A stretch of DNA of 64,000 nt from Oceanispirochaeta sp. (GTDB lineage Bacteria > Spirochaetota > Spirochaetia > DSM-2461): assembly GCA_963666275.2 (NCBI GenBank), contig CAXXOA010000001.1, forward strand, positions 672,001 through 736,000. The letters are read 5' to 3'. Shown here piece after piece: positions 18,417 to 29,624 of the stretch. Positions within the stretch are counted from its first letter, which is position 1; the number at the start of each line of letters is the position of its first letter. The notes beneath the pieces were generated by a model, which saw only the letters and a program-made list of their open reading frames with translations, did no database searches and was not told where the DNA came from. The position numbers were made by a program, and so were the translations under genes.

Positions 18417-21356
18417 ATGAAAAAAGTATCCATGAAGGGGCTTCTTATCTTTGGAATGCCCGGCCTGATCATAGCCGTCGCATTCGGCCTTGTCCTGACC
18501 ACACATTTCTCAACAAAGAAGGTTTTTACAAGGCATGCCCGAAATATCATGCAGAATGTCACATCTTTTACGATCGATAAAGCCCGGAGCCATCTGGATC
18601 CCGCCAGGGATGCGGCCCTTCTGACCGGAGCTCTGGCTGTAAACAATATTGTCACATCCAGTGAAGTTTCAGCGATGGAGAGCTATTTTTTTGAACAGCT
18701 CCTCATAAATTCCCAGTTCTCAAATATCTATTACGGATCTGTCAACGGGGAGTTCATCATGGCTTCCCGAAACGGGGAAGAACAGTTCCTTTCCAAAATA
18801 ATCTCCCTGGACCGGGAGGGGAGGCAGGTCCATTTCAAAGAGATGGATCAGACCCTCTCTCTTCTGAGAGAATACGACAATCCCGGGGATGATTATGACC
18901 CCCGCAAACGTCCCTGGTTCCAGCAGGCTCTGGAAAAGGGGGAGCTCATCTGGACCAACCCCTATATCTTCTATACCTCCCGAAGCCCCGGGATCACCAC
19001 CGCCAGTCCGGTGTATGACGATCAGGGAAATCTGCTGGGAGTGGTCGGGGTTGATATTGAAATATCCGATCTGTCCGATTTCTTTGCCACTCTCAAAGTG
19101 GGAAACAGCGGGAAGGCTTTTATTCTGGACAATGCGGGGCAGGTCATAGCCTATCCGGATAAAAGCAAAATTACCCATACTATGGGGCAGAGCAACACTC
19201 TGGAGCTCGTCACAATCGCCGATCTGGACGACCATGTCAGTAAAGCCGCCTACAATACATTGAGCAGCCTCGAGTATGACTTCAGCAATGAAGAGGATCT
19301 GTTTTTTACATTCTCTTATGAAGGAGAGAACTATTACGCCATGTTCTCCCATTTCAATGTCTCCTACTGGCCCTGGCTGATGGGTGTCTATATCCCTCAG
19401 GATGATTTTATGGGGCAGCTGAAGGAAAACCGTAATTTCAGTATTGCCATGATCATCCTTCTGGGGGCGGTATCAGGATTCATAGGCTTTCTGATAACCC
19501 GGTCTATCCTGCAGTCTCTGGACAATCTCAGGCAGGCGGCTCATCAGGTCGGCAGGGGAAATCTCCAGAGCCAGATTGCCATCAGCACAGGCTATAGCGA
19601 ACTGGATGAAACCGCGGCGGTTTTCGAGTATATGAGGAACAGCCTGGAGGAGTACTCCTCCCATATGGAGTTTATGGTCCGCAAGAGAACCGAAGAGCTC
19701 GAGAAAAAGAACCGGGAACTGGGAGATGAGATCCTACAGAGGAAAAAAGCGGAAAAAGAACTGATTTATGCCCGGAACAGAGCTGACGAATCAAGGCAGA
19801 TCGCCGAGTCCGCCAACAAAGCGAAGAATACATTCCTGGCGAACATATCCCATGAGATCCGGACTCCCCTGTCGGGGATTATAGGATATGCCGAACTGAT
19901 GAATCAGGATAATTCTCCCGAGGTAAACAACAAGTTCCGGGAAACCATCCTTAAGGAGTCGGAGCGTCTGATTGCCCTGATAAACAGGCTCCTTGATATC
20001 TCAAAGATCGAATCCGGTCAGGTTATTGTTGAAAATAAACCCTTCGCCCTCATGAGTGTCCTGGAGGCCTCCTGGGGAGATATCTCTGCAAAACTTGTAG
20101 AGAAGGGGCTTGATAAAGTCATTGAGGTTGCTCCGGATGTACCGGACAGGCTGGTGGGGGATTCTCATCTGCTGACTCAGATCCTGACGAACCTTCTTTC
20201 CAACAGTGTGAAATTCACCCATCAGGGATCGATTGCCATGAATATCTCAGCCGCCGAGGGCTCCGAAAACACTGTGGAACTCTATTTTTCCGTCTCAGAT
20301 ACGGGGATCGGTATCCCCGAGGACAAATTGGGTGATATCTTTCAGATGTTTTTTCAGGGAGACAATTCCATAAGCCGCAATTACGGCGGATTCGGTCTGG
20401 GCCTCTCCATTGTCAAGGAGCTGTCCGAACTGATGGGCGGTTCGGTTTCTGTCAGAAGTTCCCGGTACAAGGGGACAACCTTTGTGGTCTCTCTGCCTTT
20501 CCAGCGTTTTCAGGAAGGCGGATATATAGAGTTTTCTCCCGAAGGAAAGTCCTCGCAGAATGATTCTTTCAGAGATCTGAAGGTTCTCCTGGCGGAAGAC
20601 TATAAAGTCAACCGGGATCTTATCCGGTATCATCTGGCTGAGACGGAATGCCAGCTGATTACTGCCCATAATGGTTCGGAAGCGATTGAGCTTTTTGAAA
20701 AAGAGAAACCCGATATCATCCTGATGGATATACAGATGCCCGGTATGGACGGCCTTGAAGCTACCCGAATCATCCGAAAACAGCCCGATGGACAGCGGGT
20801 CTGCATCATCGGAGTCACTGCCAATGCCTTCCCCCAGGATCTGAAAACCTACTGGAAAACAGGAATGAATGACTGCCTTGTCAAACCATTTAAAAGGAAA
20901 GACCTTTTTGACAAGTTGAAGCACTGGGAGAAATTCTCCCGGATGAGTCTCCTGGGTGATAAGACGGAAGAGTTGAATTACTCGGTTGTGTTTGATGAAC
21001 AGACCCTTCTGGAGGTCGTTGAAGACAACAGGGAAATGGCTGTTACCATCCTGGAGGGGTTCAGAATTGAATCTCAGAAGTTTTTTCTTCAGTTCAACGA
21101 ACTGGAGAAAAAGGGATATTTCGATGAAATCCACCGCCTGGCTCACGCCATGAAGTCCGGAGCTCTCAATGTCGGCGGCTTCCGCCTGGCCGAAGCCGCC
21201 AAAAAACTGGAAATGGCGGCACTGGACAGGGAAAGTCTCTTTATCCGGGAGCTTCAGGAACAGCTTCACGGTGAGTTCCTGATCTGGATGGAAGAGCAGA
21301 AAAAATGGGAAGAAAAACATTCTCAGATCGGCAGCGGCAGGGACAGGGGAAAATAA
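18417..21356 (+). CDS. Hybrid sensor kinase (Cache-HAMP-HisKA-HATPase-REC-Hpt)
   Basis: YDPRKRPWF, FLANISHEIRTPL, NLLSNSVKFT, DTGIGI, GLGLSI, LMDIQMPGMDG, AHAMKSGA. Confidence 0.95.
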   Translation: MKKVSMKGLLIFGMPGLIIAVAFGLVLTTHFSTKKVFTRHARNIMQNVTSFTIDKARSHLDPARDAALLTGALAVNNIVTSSEVSAMESYFFEQLLINSQFSNIYYGSVNGEFIMASRNGEEQFLSKIISLDREGRQVHFKEMDQTLSLLREYDNPGDDYDPRKRPWFQQALEKGELIWTNPYIFYTSRSPGITTASPVYDDQGNLLGVVGVDIEISDLSDFFATLKVGNSGKAFILDNAGQVIAYPDKSKITHTMGQSNTLELVTIADLDDHVSKAAYNTLSSLEYDFSNEEDLFFTFSYEGENYYAMFSHFNVSYWPWLMGVYIPQDDFMGQLKENRNFSIAMIILLGAVSGFIGFLITRSILQSLDNLRQAAHQVGRGNLQSQIAISTGYSELDETAAVFEYMRNSLEEYSSHMEFMVRKRTEELEKKNRELGDEILQRKKAEKELIYARNRADESRQIAESANKAKNTFLANISHEIRTPLSGIIGYAELMNQDNSPEVNNKFRETILKESERLIALINRLLDISKIESGQVIVENKPFALMSVLEASWGDISAKLVEKGLDKVIEVAPDVPDRLVGDSHLLTQILTNLLSNSVKFTHQGSIAMNISAAEGSENTVELYFSVSDTGIGIPEDKLGDIFQMFFQGDNSISRNYGGFGLGLSIVKELSELMGGSVSVRSSRYKGTTFVVSLPFQRFQEGGYIEFSPEGKSSQNDSFRDLKVLLAEDYKVNRDLIRYHLAETECQLITAHNGSEAIELFEKEKPDIILMDIQMPGMDGLEATRIIRKQPDGQRVCIIGVTANAFPQDLKTYWKTGMNDCLVKPFKRKDLFDKLKHWEKFSRMSLLGDKTEELNYSVVFDEQTLLEVVEDNREMAVTILEGFRIESQKFFLQFNELEKKGYFDEIHRLAHAMKSGALNVGGFRLAEAAKKLEMAALDRESLFIRELQEQLHGEFLIWMEEQKKWEEKHSQIGSGRDRGK

Positions 21357-21403
21357 AAAAAGAATTTCTTTTTCAATCTTAAAAGAAACAGGTATTATAG
21401 TAT

Positions 21404-24400
21404 ATGCTCAGAACTTTGAGATCCGGGGTAGGGAAAGCCCTGTTTATTATTCTTATCATTTCAGGTTTCTCTTCTCTCTCTTCCCAGTCCAGGGATAACA
21501 TACTGGTTCTGTTCTCCTATCATCCCGGAAATGAGTGGGAAGACTCAATCTATACTTCGCTGCTGGCAGGCCTGAAAGAGAAGGTCCCCGGATCGGATCT
21601 GTATGTGGAATATATGGATACCAAGAGGTTCTCCCCGGAAGAGCGGTTTCCCCTTATTTCCTACCGGCTGGGCAATATGAACCGGGAAGATCTTTCTCTC
21701 ATTATTACAGTTGACGACAATGCTCTGAATTTTATGCTTGAGAACCGGGATGCCCTGTTTCCCGATGTTCCTGTGGTCTTCTGCGGAGTGAACAGATCCG
21801 ATGCGATCAGATCCGGTCTGCCCGCTAATTATACTGGTGTGGTCAGCAGCTTAAATCTGGAATTCACTTTACAGTTCGCAAAGGATCTTCTCCCGGAGGT
21901 CTCCACCTACTATTTTATTGCAGACAGCACCGTGACAGGCAGGGCGGAGAGGGATTTCATACAGGAGCAGATCAGCAGTCTGCCCACTGCCTTCAGTTCT
22001 CTGGATTTCGGTTTTGTTCCTTCGGATATTACTACGGAGGAACTCCTTGTCTGGACAGAGTCTCTCCCCTCCGGTTCGGCTCTGGTTCTGACCAACTGGC
22101 ACAGGGATGTCAATGGTGAGTATATAAGCAAAAGGAGCTTTGTAGAAAAGCTTCAGAAGCATACAGCCGTCCCGGTGTTCAACATCCATCAGATGCTACC
22201 GGGGGTTCTCGGGGGAAATGTCAATACAGGACGCTCTCAGGCTGAAGCGGTCATAGACATGGCTTTTCAGATTCTCGACGGCAGGGAGGCATCTCTCATC
22301 CCTGTACAGTCTCTGGAGGGGGGGCAGTACTATGTTGATCATGACAGAGTCCGTTTCTGGAAGCTCCGTACTTCTCACCTTCCCTATGAAACGGAGGTTC
22401 TTAATCCGTCCTTTCTCTACAGGTATAAAACTATTGTCCTTGTCGTTCTGGTCGTTTTTCTGTTTCTCCTCCTCTTTGTATTTCTACTGGGGGGGCTCAT
22501 ATTGAGACTGAGAAAAACAGGAAGCGATCTGGCCCTCCAGAAGAATGAACTTTTTACCACTCTGAGTTCCATAGGGGACGGGGTCATCTCTACAGACAGG
22601 ATCGGAAACATAACATTCATCAACCCTGTGGCCGAAAAGATGACAGGCTGGTCTTTGGAGGACGCCCGGGGCCGAGAACTGAAGGACGTTTTCAGAATTG
22701 TCAATATGTACAGCCGCAAAGCCGTGTCCAATCCGGTTCAGAAAGTTCTCCTTTCGGGAAAAACAGTGGAACTCGCCAATCATACAGTCCTTATCAGCCG
22801 GGATGGTGTTGAATATCATATCGCCGACAGCGCCGCTCCGATCAGAGAGAACGGAAGTGAGCAGATAATGGGGGTTGTTCTTGTTTTCAGGGATGTGTCT
22901 GAAGCCTACAGGATGAAAAAAATCCTCAGTGACGAACAGCGGAGGCTGGATGATGCCCAGGCTATGGCCATGGTTGCCAACTGGGAGTACTATCCTGATA
23001 CGAACCGCTACTGGTTCTCCAACGAAGTCTATACCCTGTTCGGTCTGAACTTCAAAGACGAGAAAGAGTACCTCAATCTGGAGTTTATGAAGGAGATCTT
23101 TCCCGGATGGAATCCGGAGGATCCTCTGCCCTTCGGGCGGGGAGGAGAGAGACACAGCGGGATGATCCGGTTTCAGAAAAATGATGAGACAAGAATGGCT
23201 TTTATTCATGTTTCGGCCAGGATGATCATACTGCCGGAGAGCCGGAAACAGATCGTCACAGGAATTGTCCAGGATGTTTCCGAACTCTTCCATGCCCGGG
23301 AGGCTTTGAAAGCCAGCCGGGAGCAGCTCAGGCAGGCCGCCAGAATGGAAGCCGTGGGGAAACTGGCAGGAGGCATTGCCCACGAGTTCAACAACCTCCT
23401 TCAGGTGATCATGGGCTATTCCCAGCTGATGAAGGAAGAGTACACCGACGACCGGGCCCGAACACTGATTAATCCCATCCTGCATACCGCAGGCAGTGCA
23501 AGAAACCTGACCAAGCAGCTTCTGCTGTTCAGCAGAAAAGAGACATCCATTAAAAGTTTCCTCTCCCTGTCGGAGCTTATGAAAAGTCTCTTTCCCATCC
23601 TGACCCGCCTTCTGGATGCGGAGATCTCTCTGGAGTCGGATCTGGAGGGAAAGGATGATACCATTTTCGGAGACAGACAGCAGATTGAGCAGATCATTAT
23701 GAATCTCAGCCTCAATGCCAGGGATGCCATGGACGGTAAAGGTGTTCTGAAAATATCCCAGGATCTTTTTCACAGCTCCTCTTTCCTCCAGAGTCTGGAG
23801 GGCGAGATACCGCCGGGAGACTATGTCCATCTCACCGTTCAGGATACGGGGCACGGGATCCCCGAGAATATACTGCCTGAAATCTTTGATCCCTTTTTCA
23901 CAACCAAAGAGATGGACAAGGGGACAGGTCTGGGGCTTTCCATTGTTTACGGTATTATCAAGCAGCATGACGGTTATATCAGGATCGAAACAGAAGCCTC
24001 CCGGGGAACTGTATTTCATATCTACTTTCCCCAGTCCCGGGAACTGCCGAAGGACACCTCTGACTCTCTCAATTATCATACGGAAGAGAAGTCCTTTGAA
24101 GGCACTGTCTACCTGGCCGAGGATGACCCCATGGTCCGGGAACTGGTGGAAACCCTGATTCAGGATATGGGATACAGGATCAGGAGTTTTGTTAACGGCA
24201 GAGAGCTGGTGGAGCATCTTGACTATTTCAACTCCTCCAAAGCCGATGTGGATCTGTTCCTTCTGGATGTGGTTATGCCTGAAATGGGAGGAGAAGAGGT
24301 CTACAGAAAAATCCGTGAGTATGGCTACGAACAGCCTATACTGTTTGCCAGCGGCTATACCAGAGAACGGCTGGGAGATCTCAGCAAACTGGAAAACTCC

Positions 24401-24469
24401 CGGTTAATCCACAAACCCTTTTCAAAAAAGGAACTGTCCCAGCATATCCGGGAAATGATTGCCGGTTAA
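21404..24469 (+). CDS. PAS-domain hybrid sensor kinase (periplasmic sensor-PAS-HisKA-HATPase-REC)
   Basis: [67 protein letters not shown]. Confidence 0.95.
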   Translation: MLRTLRSGVGKALFIILIISGFSSLSSQSRDNILVLFSYHPGNEWEDSIYTSLLAGLKEKVPGSDLYVEYMDTKRFSPEERFPLISYRLGNMNREDLSLIITVDDNALNFMLENRDALFPDVPVVFCGVNRSDAIRSGLPANYTGVVSSLNLEFTLQFAKDLLPEVSTYYFIADSTVTGRAERDFIQEQISSLPTAFSSLDFGFVPSDITTEELLVWTESLPSGSALVLTNWHRDVNGEYISKRSFVEKLQKHTAVPVFNIHQMLPGVLGGNVNTGRSQAEAVIDMAFQILDGREASLIPVQSLEGGQYYVDHDRVRFWKLRTSHLPYETEVLNPSFLYRYKTIVLVVLVVFLFLLLFVFLLGGLILRLRKTGSDLALQKNELFTTLSSIGDGVISTDRIGNITFINPVAEKMTGWSLEDARGRELKDVFRIVNMYSRKAVSNPVQKVLLSGKTVELANHTVLISRDGVEYHIADSAAPIRENGSEQIMGVVLVFRDVSEAYRMKKILSDEQRRLDDAQAMAMVANWEYYPDTNRYWFSNEVYTLFGLNFKDEKEYLNLEFMKEIFPGWNPEDPLPFGRGGERHSGMIRFQKNDETRMAFIHVSARMIILPESRKQIVTGIVQDVSELFHAREALKASREQLRQAARMEAVGKLAGGIAHEFNNLLQVIMGYSQLMKEEYTDDRARTLINPILHTAGSARNLTKQLLLFSRKETSIKSFLSLSELMKSLFPILTRLLDAEISLESDLEGKDDTIFGDRQQIEQIIMNLSLNARDAMDGKGVLKISQDLFHSSSFLQSLEGEIPPGDYVHLTVQDTGHGIPENILPEIFDPFFTTKEMDKGTGLGLSIVYGIIKQHDGYIRIETEASRGTVFHIYFPQSRELPKDTSDSLNYHTEEKSFEGTVYLAEDDPMVRELVETLIQDMGYRIRSFVNGRELVEHLDYFNSSKADVDLFLLDVVMPEMGGEEVYRKIREYGYEQPILFASGYTRERLGDLSKLENSRLIHKPFSKKELSQHIREMIAG

Positions 24470-24552
24470 TCCCGCCGGTTCCGGGACCAAGGCTTGTCAT
24501 CTCTTCCGGGGTTGTTTAGAATAACCTTCAATTTTATGGAGGAGGATCCAAT

Positions 24553-24675
24553 ATGAGTAATCCTGATTGTCCCTGTACCAACAGGACATGTCCCCGTAAC
24601 CGCAACTGTGATGCCTGTCGTGAGTTTCACCACTCTCAGGGACAGAAAACAGCCTGCGAGAAGAAGAATTCCTGA
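24553..24675 (+). CDS. Small Cys/His-rich protein (40 aa), not in ORF track
   Basis: MSNPDCPCTNRTCPRNRNCDACREFHHSQGQKTACEKKNS; strong RBS GGAGGAGG; TGATG overlap with next gene. Confidence 0.8.
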   Translation: MSNPDCPCTNRTCPRNRNCDACREFHHSQGQKTACEKKNS

Positions 24676-25412
24676 TGGCAAGCAATATAACGTCCTTCCA
24701 TGGAATCGAAGAATCTCTGAAAAAGAAACCCGCCGGTGCTGTCCTTTATGTGGGTAAGTCCAATAAAAGGGTCGAGGCCTTAGTCAAACTGGCGGAGGAA
24801 AAGGGTGTTTGCGTCAAAAATATATCCTCACAGGAACTGGAGAGGATGTGCGGCAAAGGCCAGTCCAAGGGGGCTCTCCTGACGATCCCCCGCAAAGAGA
24901 GCGGTACCGGTATCCGCTACAAAGACATCAAAGATTATCTGGCCCTGAACAGCGACAATGATCAGCAGCTGGTTCTTATCCTTGACGGTATCACCGATCC
25001 CCATAATCTGGGAGCGATTCTCCGTTCGGCCGACCAGTTCTCTGTGGACCTTGTCGTACTGCCCGAGAAAAGGAGCGTCGGCATCAATGCTACAGTGGCG
25101 AAAATTTCAGTCGGAGCTCATGCCTGGGTTCCCACCCTTCAGGTCACCAATCTCTCCCGGGTTATCGAAGAACTCCAGAAAGCGGGGTATTGGGTCTATG
25201 GGGCTGACATGGGAGGCGCCACCGCAGCGCAGACAGATCTGAGGGGGAAAACCGCCCTGATCATGGGCAGCGAAGGAAGCGGCATTTCCCGCCTTGTCAG
25301 AGAAAAATGCGATACCATGGTGAGCATTCCCATGTCCGGTCACGTTGATTCTCTCAATGTCTCGGTGGCTGCGGGTATCCTAATGTATGAGGTTATCCGT
25401 CAGAGAGGCTGA
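24675..25412 (+). CDS. rlmB: 23S rRNA (guanosine-2'-O)-methyltransferase, SpoU/TrmH family
   Basis: LDGITDPHNLGAILRSA, MGSEGSG, IPMSGHVDSLNVSVA. Confidence 0.92.
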   Translation: MASNITSFHGIEESLKKKPAGAVLYVGKSNKRVEALVKLAEEKGVCVKNISSQELERMCGKGQSKGALLTIPRKESGTGIRYKDIKDYLALNSDNDQQLVLILDGITDPHNLGAILRSADQFSVDLVVLPEKRSVGINATVAKISVGAHAWVPTLQVTNLSRVIEELQKAGYWVYGADMGGATAAQTDLRGKTALIMGSEGSGISRLVREKCDTMVSIPMSGHVDSLNVSVAAGILMYEVIRQRG

Positions 25413-26567
25413 CAGGCGTTTCATCCCTTCTTCCAGAAGAGAGCGGGGGCATCCGTAATTGAGTCTGAAAAACGGATGTCCTCCCGTTCCGAACCACCTG
25501 CCTTCAACAAGGGCAATTTTACCGATTTTGAGAAACCGCTCTTCCAGCTCTTCTACGGAATACCCCGAATCCCTGAAGTCTATCCAGCCTATGAATCCCG
25601 CCTGGGGATGCATCATTCTGATGGCAGGATGGTTCTTCTGCAGATAGGTTTCAATGTATTTTACATTTTCCGAAAGATAGTCTGTCAGTTTTCCGAGCCA
25701 TTCCATCCCCTCTTTGTAGGCGCCTTCTCCCATGCTCAGAGCCAGGGCGGATCCTTCATTCATGTTCAGACGGGCCAGTTCATTCTTCATAAGCAGCCGT
25801 TTCTCCCTGTTCTCAATCACAGAGACAGAGAGCTTTTCTCCGGCGATATTGAAGGTTTTCGACGGGGCCATACAGGTCATGGACTGCTCCGCCGTCTCCG
25901 GGGAAAGGGAGGAGTAGGGGATATGCCGGATAGAAGAATCCAGTACCAGATCGCAGTGAATCTCATCGGAGATCACAAAAACACCGTGAGCCCGGCAGAT
26001 CCGGTCCACCTTTTCCAGTTCCGTTCTGGTCCAGACCCGGCCGCCCGGGTTATGGGGGCTGCATAAAAGGAGCAGAGTCGTTTCCTTTCGGGAGGCTTTT
26101 TCTTCCAGATCGGCAAAGTCCATGGTATAGACTGTCCCGTCGTAGACAAGCTCATTCACCAGAGGAACCCTGTTGTTCCTTTCTATGATTCTGCGGAAGG
26201 GCTGATACACAGGTTCCTGCAGAATGACGCCCTCTCCGGGACGGGAGAACAGAGAGACCCCCAGGCTCATGGAAGAGACAATACCCGGAATGAATATGGT
26301 CTGGGAAAGGGACACGTCCCAGGAGTGCTTCTCTTTTGTCCACTTTTTCCAGGCCTTGAGAAAGGGGCTGTTTGAAGCGGGATAGCCGTAGATCCGGTGG
26401 TCCGCTTTTTCGTGGAGGATTCTGCTTACCGCAGGCGGCGAGGGGAGATCCATATCGGCTACCCAGAAGGGGAGAAGGTCCGAATGGCCGAACCTGTGTT
26501 TCAGGACAGATTCGTCCCATTTGGCGGCATTGCTGTTCCGGCGTTCTATCAGTTTGTTAAAATCCAT
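25380..26567 (-). CDS. MalY/PatB-family PLP-dependent C-S lyase
   Basis: LPFWVADMD, LCSPHNPGGRVW, SDEIHCDL, APSKTFNIAG, RLNYGCPR. Confidence 0.93.
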   Translation of the reverse strand: MDFNKLIERRNSNAAKWDESVLKHRFGHSDLLPFWVADMDLPSPPAVSRILHEKADHRIYGYPASNSPFLKAWKKWTKEKHSWDVSLSQTIFIPGIVSSMSLGVSLFSRPGEGVILQEPVYQPFRRIIERNNRVPLVNELVYDGTVYTMDFADLEEKASRKETTLLLLCSPHNPGGRVWTRTELEKVDRICRAHGVFVISDEIHCDLVLDSSIRHIPYSSLSPETAEQSMTCMAPSKTFNIAGEKLSVSVIENREKRLLMKNELARLNMNEGSALALSMGEGAYKEGMEWLGKLTDYLSENVKYIETYLQKNHPAIRMMHPQAGFIGWIDFRDSGYSVEELEERFLKIGKIALVEGRWFGTGGHPFFRLNYGCPRSLLEEGMKRLSASLTDNLIH

Positions 26568-26582
26568 AGGTCACGTCCTTTT

Positions 26583-27533
26583 TCAGAGCATTTTTTCTAT
26601 AAGGCTGATTCCCAGCAGTGTTGTGAAGGCTGCTCCGGCGGTTGTAAACATCACAACCAGGGCCGCCAGTTCGCCGTCATTGTCCAGCGCATCGGCCATC
26701 ACATGACTTGAAACGGCGGTGGGAGCTCCCAGAAGCAGAAAGATCATTCCCAGCTCATCACCCCTGTAACCGATAAGGTAAAACACAATCACACCGGCCA
26801 CGGGCATAATCACAAGTTTAAGCACCGTCGGCAGAAGGGCCAGCCGACCTTTCTCCCTGATACCCCGGGCCGTCAGGGAACCGCCGATTGTTATAAGCGC
26901 CAGAGGGAGGGCCAGATCGGCCAGATAGGAGAGGAATCTTTCCAGTATTGGAGGAATGGGTATCCTGAGCAGTGAGAAAAACATGGCTGCGATTACAGTC
27001 AGGATCAGAGGGTTCTTTGCAATGTTCTTCAGTGAACTTGTCAGCCCCGAGGGAGTCATCCCGTGAATGGGTAGGGTCAGGGCGATCACGCCGAGAATAT
27101 TGTAGAGAGGAAGCAGAAACGCCAGTGACATTGCCGACCGGGCCATCATCTCCTCTCCATACAGATTCAGGATCAGAGCGATACCCACAATGACAATATT
27201 TCCTCTGAAACCGCCCTGGATAATAACTCCTTTCTGTCTGTTATCTCCCAGTTTCAGAACCAGAAGGAAAGTGGCCAGATAAACGGCTATGTGAATCAGG
27301 CAGATCAGGAGGATCTCTTTTATAATAAAAACCTGGCTGAAATCCAGAGAGGCTATCTTGAGAAATGCCAGTGCCGGGATAGCCAGACGGAAGCTCATTT
27401 TTGAGGAACTCTTCAGAAAGCCTTCACCGATGATCCCTTTCTGTTTCAGAAACCATCCGCAGACCACAAGGAGAAATACAGGGAAAACGCCCTGAAATAC
27501 AAAGAAAAGTATTGCCATATCTATTTGTATCAT
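26583..27533 (-). CDS. AEC (auxin efflux carrier)-family transporter
   Basis: FRGN..VGI, KNPLI, PLALITIG, LKL, PTAVSS. Confidence 0.9.
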   Translation of the reverse strand: MIQIDMAILFFVFQGVFPVFLLVVCGWFLKQKGIIGEGFLKSSSKMSFRLAIPALAFLKIASLDFSQVFIIKEILLICLIHIAVYLATFLLVLKLGDNRQKGVIIQGGFRGNIVIVGIALILNLYGEEMMARSAMSLAFLLPLYNILGVIALTLPIHGMTPSGLTSSLKNIAKNPLILTVIAAMFFSLLRIPIPPILERFLSYLADLALPLALITIGGSLTARGIREKGRLALLPTVLKLVIMPVAGVIVFYLIGYRGDELGMIFLLLGAPTAVSSHVMADALDNDGELAALVVMFTTAGAAFTTLLGISLIEKML

Positions 27534-27737
27534 TCCCGTGAGAAGTGGTAAACCCGGCGGGAAAGTAGTGTAAATTAACTATTACTGACAAAAAAGGAAG
27601 AAATGTCATTATAAAAGGCCGAGTGACCCCCTTTTTGTATGGACGTGAAGGCTCTTTTTGATTAGTATTTCTACCCAAATAACCAATTTTATTTTTTTGG
27701 GGCGGTTATCAGCTGCCCACAACATAAGGAGAGCTTC

Positions 27738-29429
27738 ATGAGTTACGATTACAGGAAGTATAAACCCTTCCCGCCAATTACATTGCCTGACCGGACATGG
27801 CCCGACAAGGTCATCACTTCTGCCCCCCAGTGGTGCAGCGTTGACCTGAGAGACGGAAATCAGGCTCTACCCGTTCCGATGAACGTGGAAGAAAAATTGG
27901 AACTATTCGAGCTACTCCTGAAAATTGGTTTTAAAGAGATTGAAATCGGATTTCCCTCGGCCTCTCAGACCGAGTTTGACTTTTTGAGAACCCTGGTGGA
28001 AAGGAATCTTATTCCCGATGATGTGACCATTCAGCTGCTGACCCAGGCCAGGGAGCATCTGATCCGGCGTTCCTTTGAGGCCATTCAGGGCTGTAAGAAT
28101 GTGATCATCCACTTCTACAACTCCACCTCAACCCTCCAGAGGGATGTGGTATTCCGGAAAGGCCAGAAGGAGATCATCGATATTGCCGTGGAAGGCGCCA
28201 GACTGATCAAGGAGATTTCAAAAGAGAATCCCGATATCAATCTGAGATACGAATACTCCCCCGAGAGTTTCACAGGCACAGAAATGGAATTTGCCAAAGA
28301 GATCTGTGAAGCCGTTATGGATGTGATGGAACCCACACCCGAAAATAAACTGATTCTGAACCTTCCCGCCACTGTGGAAGGGCATACCCCCAATATCCAT
28401 GCCGACCAGATTGAATGGTTCTGCCGGAATATCAAAAACAGGGATTCCGTTATGATCTCCCTGCATGCCCACAATGACAGAGGTACAGGCATCGCCGCTA
28501 CGGAACTGGCTCTTATGGCCGGTGCCGACCGCGTGGAAGGAACTCTATTCGGCAACGGTGAGAGAACGGGTAACACGGATCTTATGAATGTGGCCATGAA
28601 TATGTACTCCCAGGGCGTGGATCCTCTGCTGGATTTCTCCCGGATGGATAAAATTGTACAGATCTACGAAAGATGCACCCGGATGGATGTTCATCCCCGC
28701 CACCCCTACGCGGGTGAGCTTGTGTTCACAGCCTTTTCCGGTTCCCATCAGGACGCTATCAAAAAAGGTCTGGACCGGTACAATACAGAGAAGCCCTACT
28801 ATTGGGAAATCCCCTATCTGCCCATCGATCCTTCCGATCTCAATCGGGAGTACGAGGCGATTATCAGAATCAACAGCCAGTCCGGAAAGGGCGGTGTGGC
28901 CTTTATTCTGGACTCCCAGTACGGTTACAAACTGCCCAAGGCCATGCATCCCGAGTTCAGCGGCGTGATCCAGAAAATCACCGACGATACGGGTAAAGAG
29001 CTGAAAGGCGAGGAGATCTATGAGGTCTTCTCACGGGAGTACCTGGATGACTCGGGTCCCTATTCGCTGGTGGACTATGAGATCCATGCCAAGCTGGACT
29101 CGAAGAAAACCGAGGGAAGCAAACACGATGTGGGGATCAAGTGCGCTCTGGACTATCATGGGGAAACTCTGGAACTCGAAGGCCATGGGAACGGACCGAT
29201 CGATGCGTTCTTCCATGCCCTTCAGGGAAGCAATGCTCCCAAAGTGAACTTCCTCTCCTACGATGAGCATGCCCTCAGTGAGGGAGCGGATTCTCAGGCG
29301 GTCTGCTACATCGGTGTTTCCGATTCCAAGGGAAGACCCTTTTTCGGAGTCGGCGTGGATTCCAGTATCAATGCGGCCTCCCTTAAAGCGCTGCTTTGTG
29401 CTATAAACAGAATAGAGAAAAGATCTTAA
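27738..29429 (+). CDS. leuA: 2-isopropylmalate synthase (yeast/actinobacterial type)
   Basis: WCSVDLRDGNQAL, YSPESFTGTE, SLHAHNDRG, FGNGERTGN, AFSGSHQDAI. Confidence 0.97.
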   Translation: MSYDYRKYKPFPPITLPDRTWPDKVITSAPQWCSVDLRDGNQALPVPMNVEEKLELFELLLKIGFKEIEIGFPSASQTEFDFLRTLVERNLIPDDVTIQLLTQAREHLIRRSFEAIQGCKNVIIHFYNSTSTLQRDVVFRKGQKEIIDIAVEGARLIKEISKENPDINLRYEYSPESFTGTEMEFAKEICEAVMDVMEPTPENKLILNLPATVEGHTPNIHADQIEWFCRNIKNRDSVMISLHAHNDRGTGIAATELALMAGADRVEGTLFGNGERTGNTDLMNVAMNMYSQGVDPLLDFSRMDKIVQIYERCTRMDVHPRHPYAGELVFTAFSGSHQDAIKKGLDRYNTEKPYYWEIPYLPIDPSDLNREYEAIIRINSQSGKGGVAFILDSQYGYKLPKAMHPEFSGVIQKITDDTGKELKGEEIYEVFSREYLDDSGPYSLVDYEIHAKLDSKKTEGSKHDVGIKCALDYHGETLELEGHGNGPIDAFFHALQGSNAPKVNFLSYDEHALSEGADSQAVCYIGVSDSKGRPFFGVGVDSSINAASLKALLCAINRIEKRS

Positions 29430-29434
29430 AACAT

Positions 29435-29466
29435 CCCCCTTCGGCTCCGCTCAGGGACCGGAGGGA
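29435..29466. repeat. REP-like hairpin downstream of leuA
   Basis: cccttcggctccgctcaggg motif within a GC-rich stem. Confidence 0.45.
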
Positions 29467-29480
29467 ACAATACAAACCTG

Positions 29481-29580
29481 ACATTCCTTCCTTCACCCTA
29501 CGGGAGAGGGGCAGGGGGTGAGGGAAAAAAACACTCACATTTCTCCCCTCGCCCTCTGGGAGAGGGGCCGGGGATGAGGG
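29481..29580. repeat. Two tandem 44-bp REP-like palindromic units
   Basis: acattccttccttcaccctacgggagaggggcagggggtgaggg (29481-29524) and acatttctcccctcgccctctgggagaggggccggggatgaggg (29537-29580). Confidence 0.75.
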
Positions 29581-29624
29581 TTGGTGAAGGAGAGGTCTTG
29601 TACATTATACGTAAGGAGAACACT

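Noticed and set aside
22484..24217. 577-aa antisense ORF
   Set aside because: Shadow of the well-supported hybrid kinase; no recognisable motifs
27534..27737. Leucine attenuator or T-box upstream of leuA
   Set aside because: No Leu-rich leader peptide or T-box motif found; only a small hairpin (gggcgg...ctgccc)
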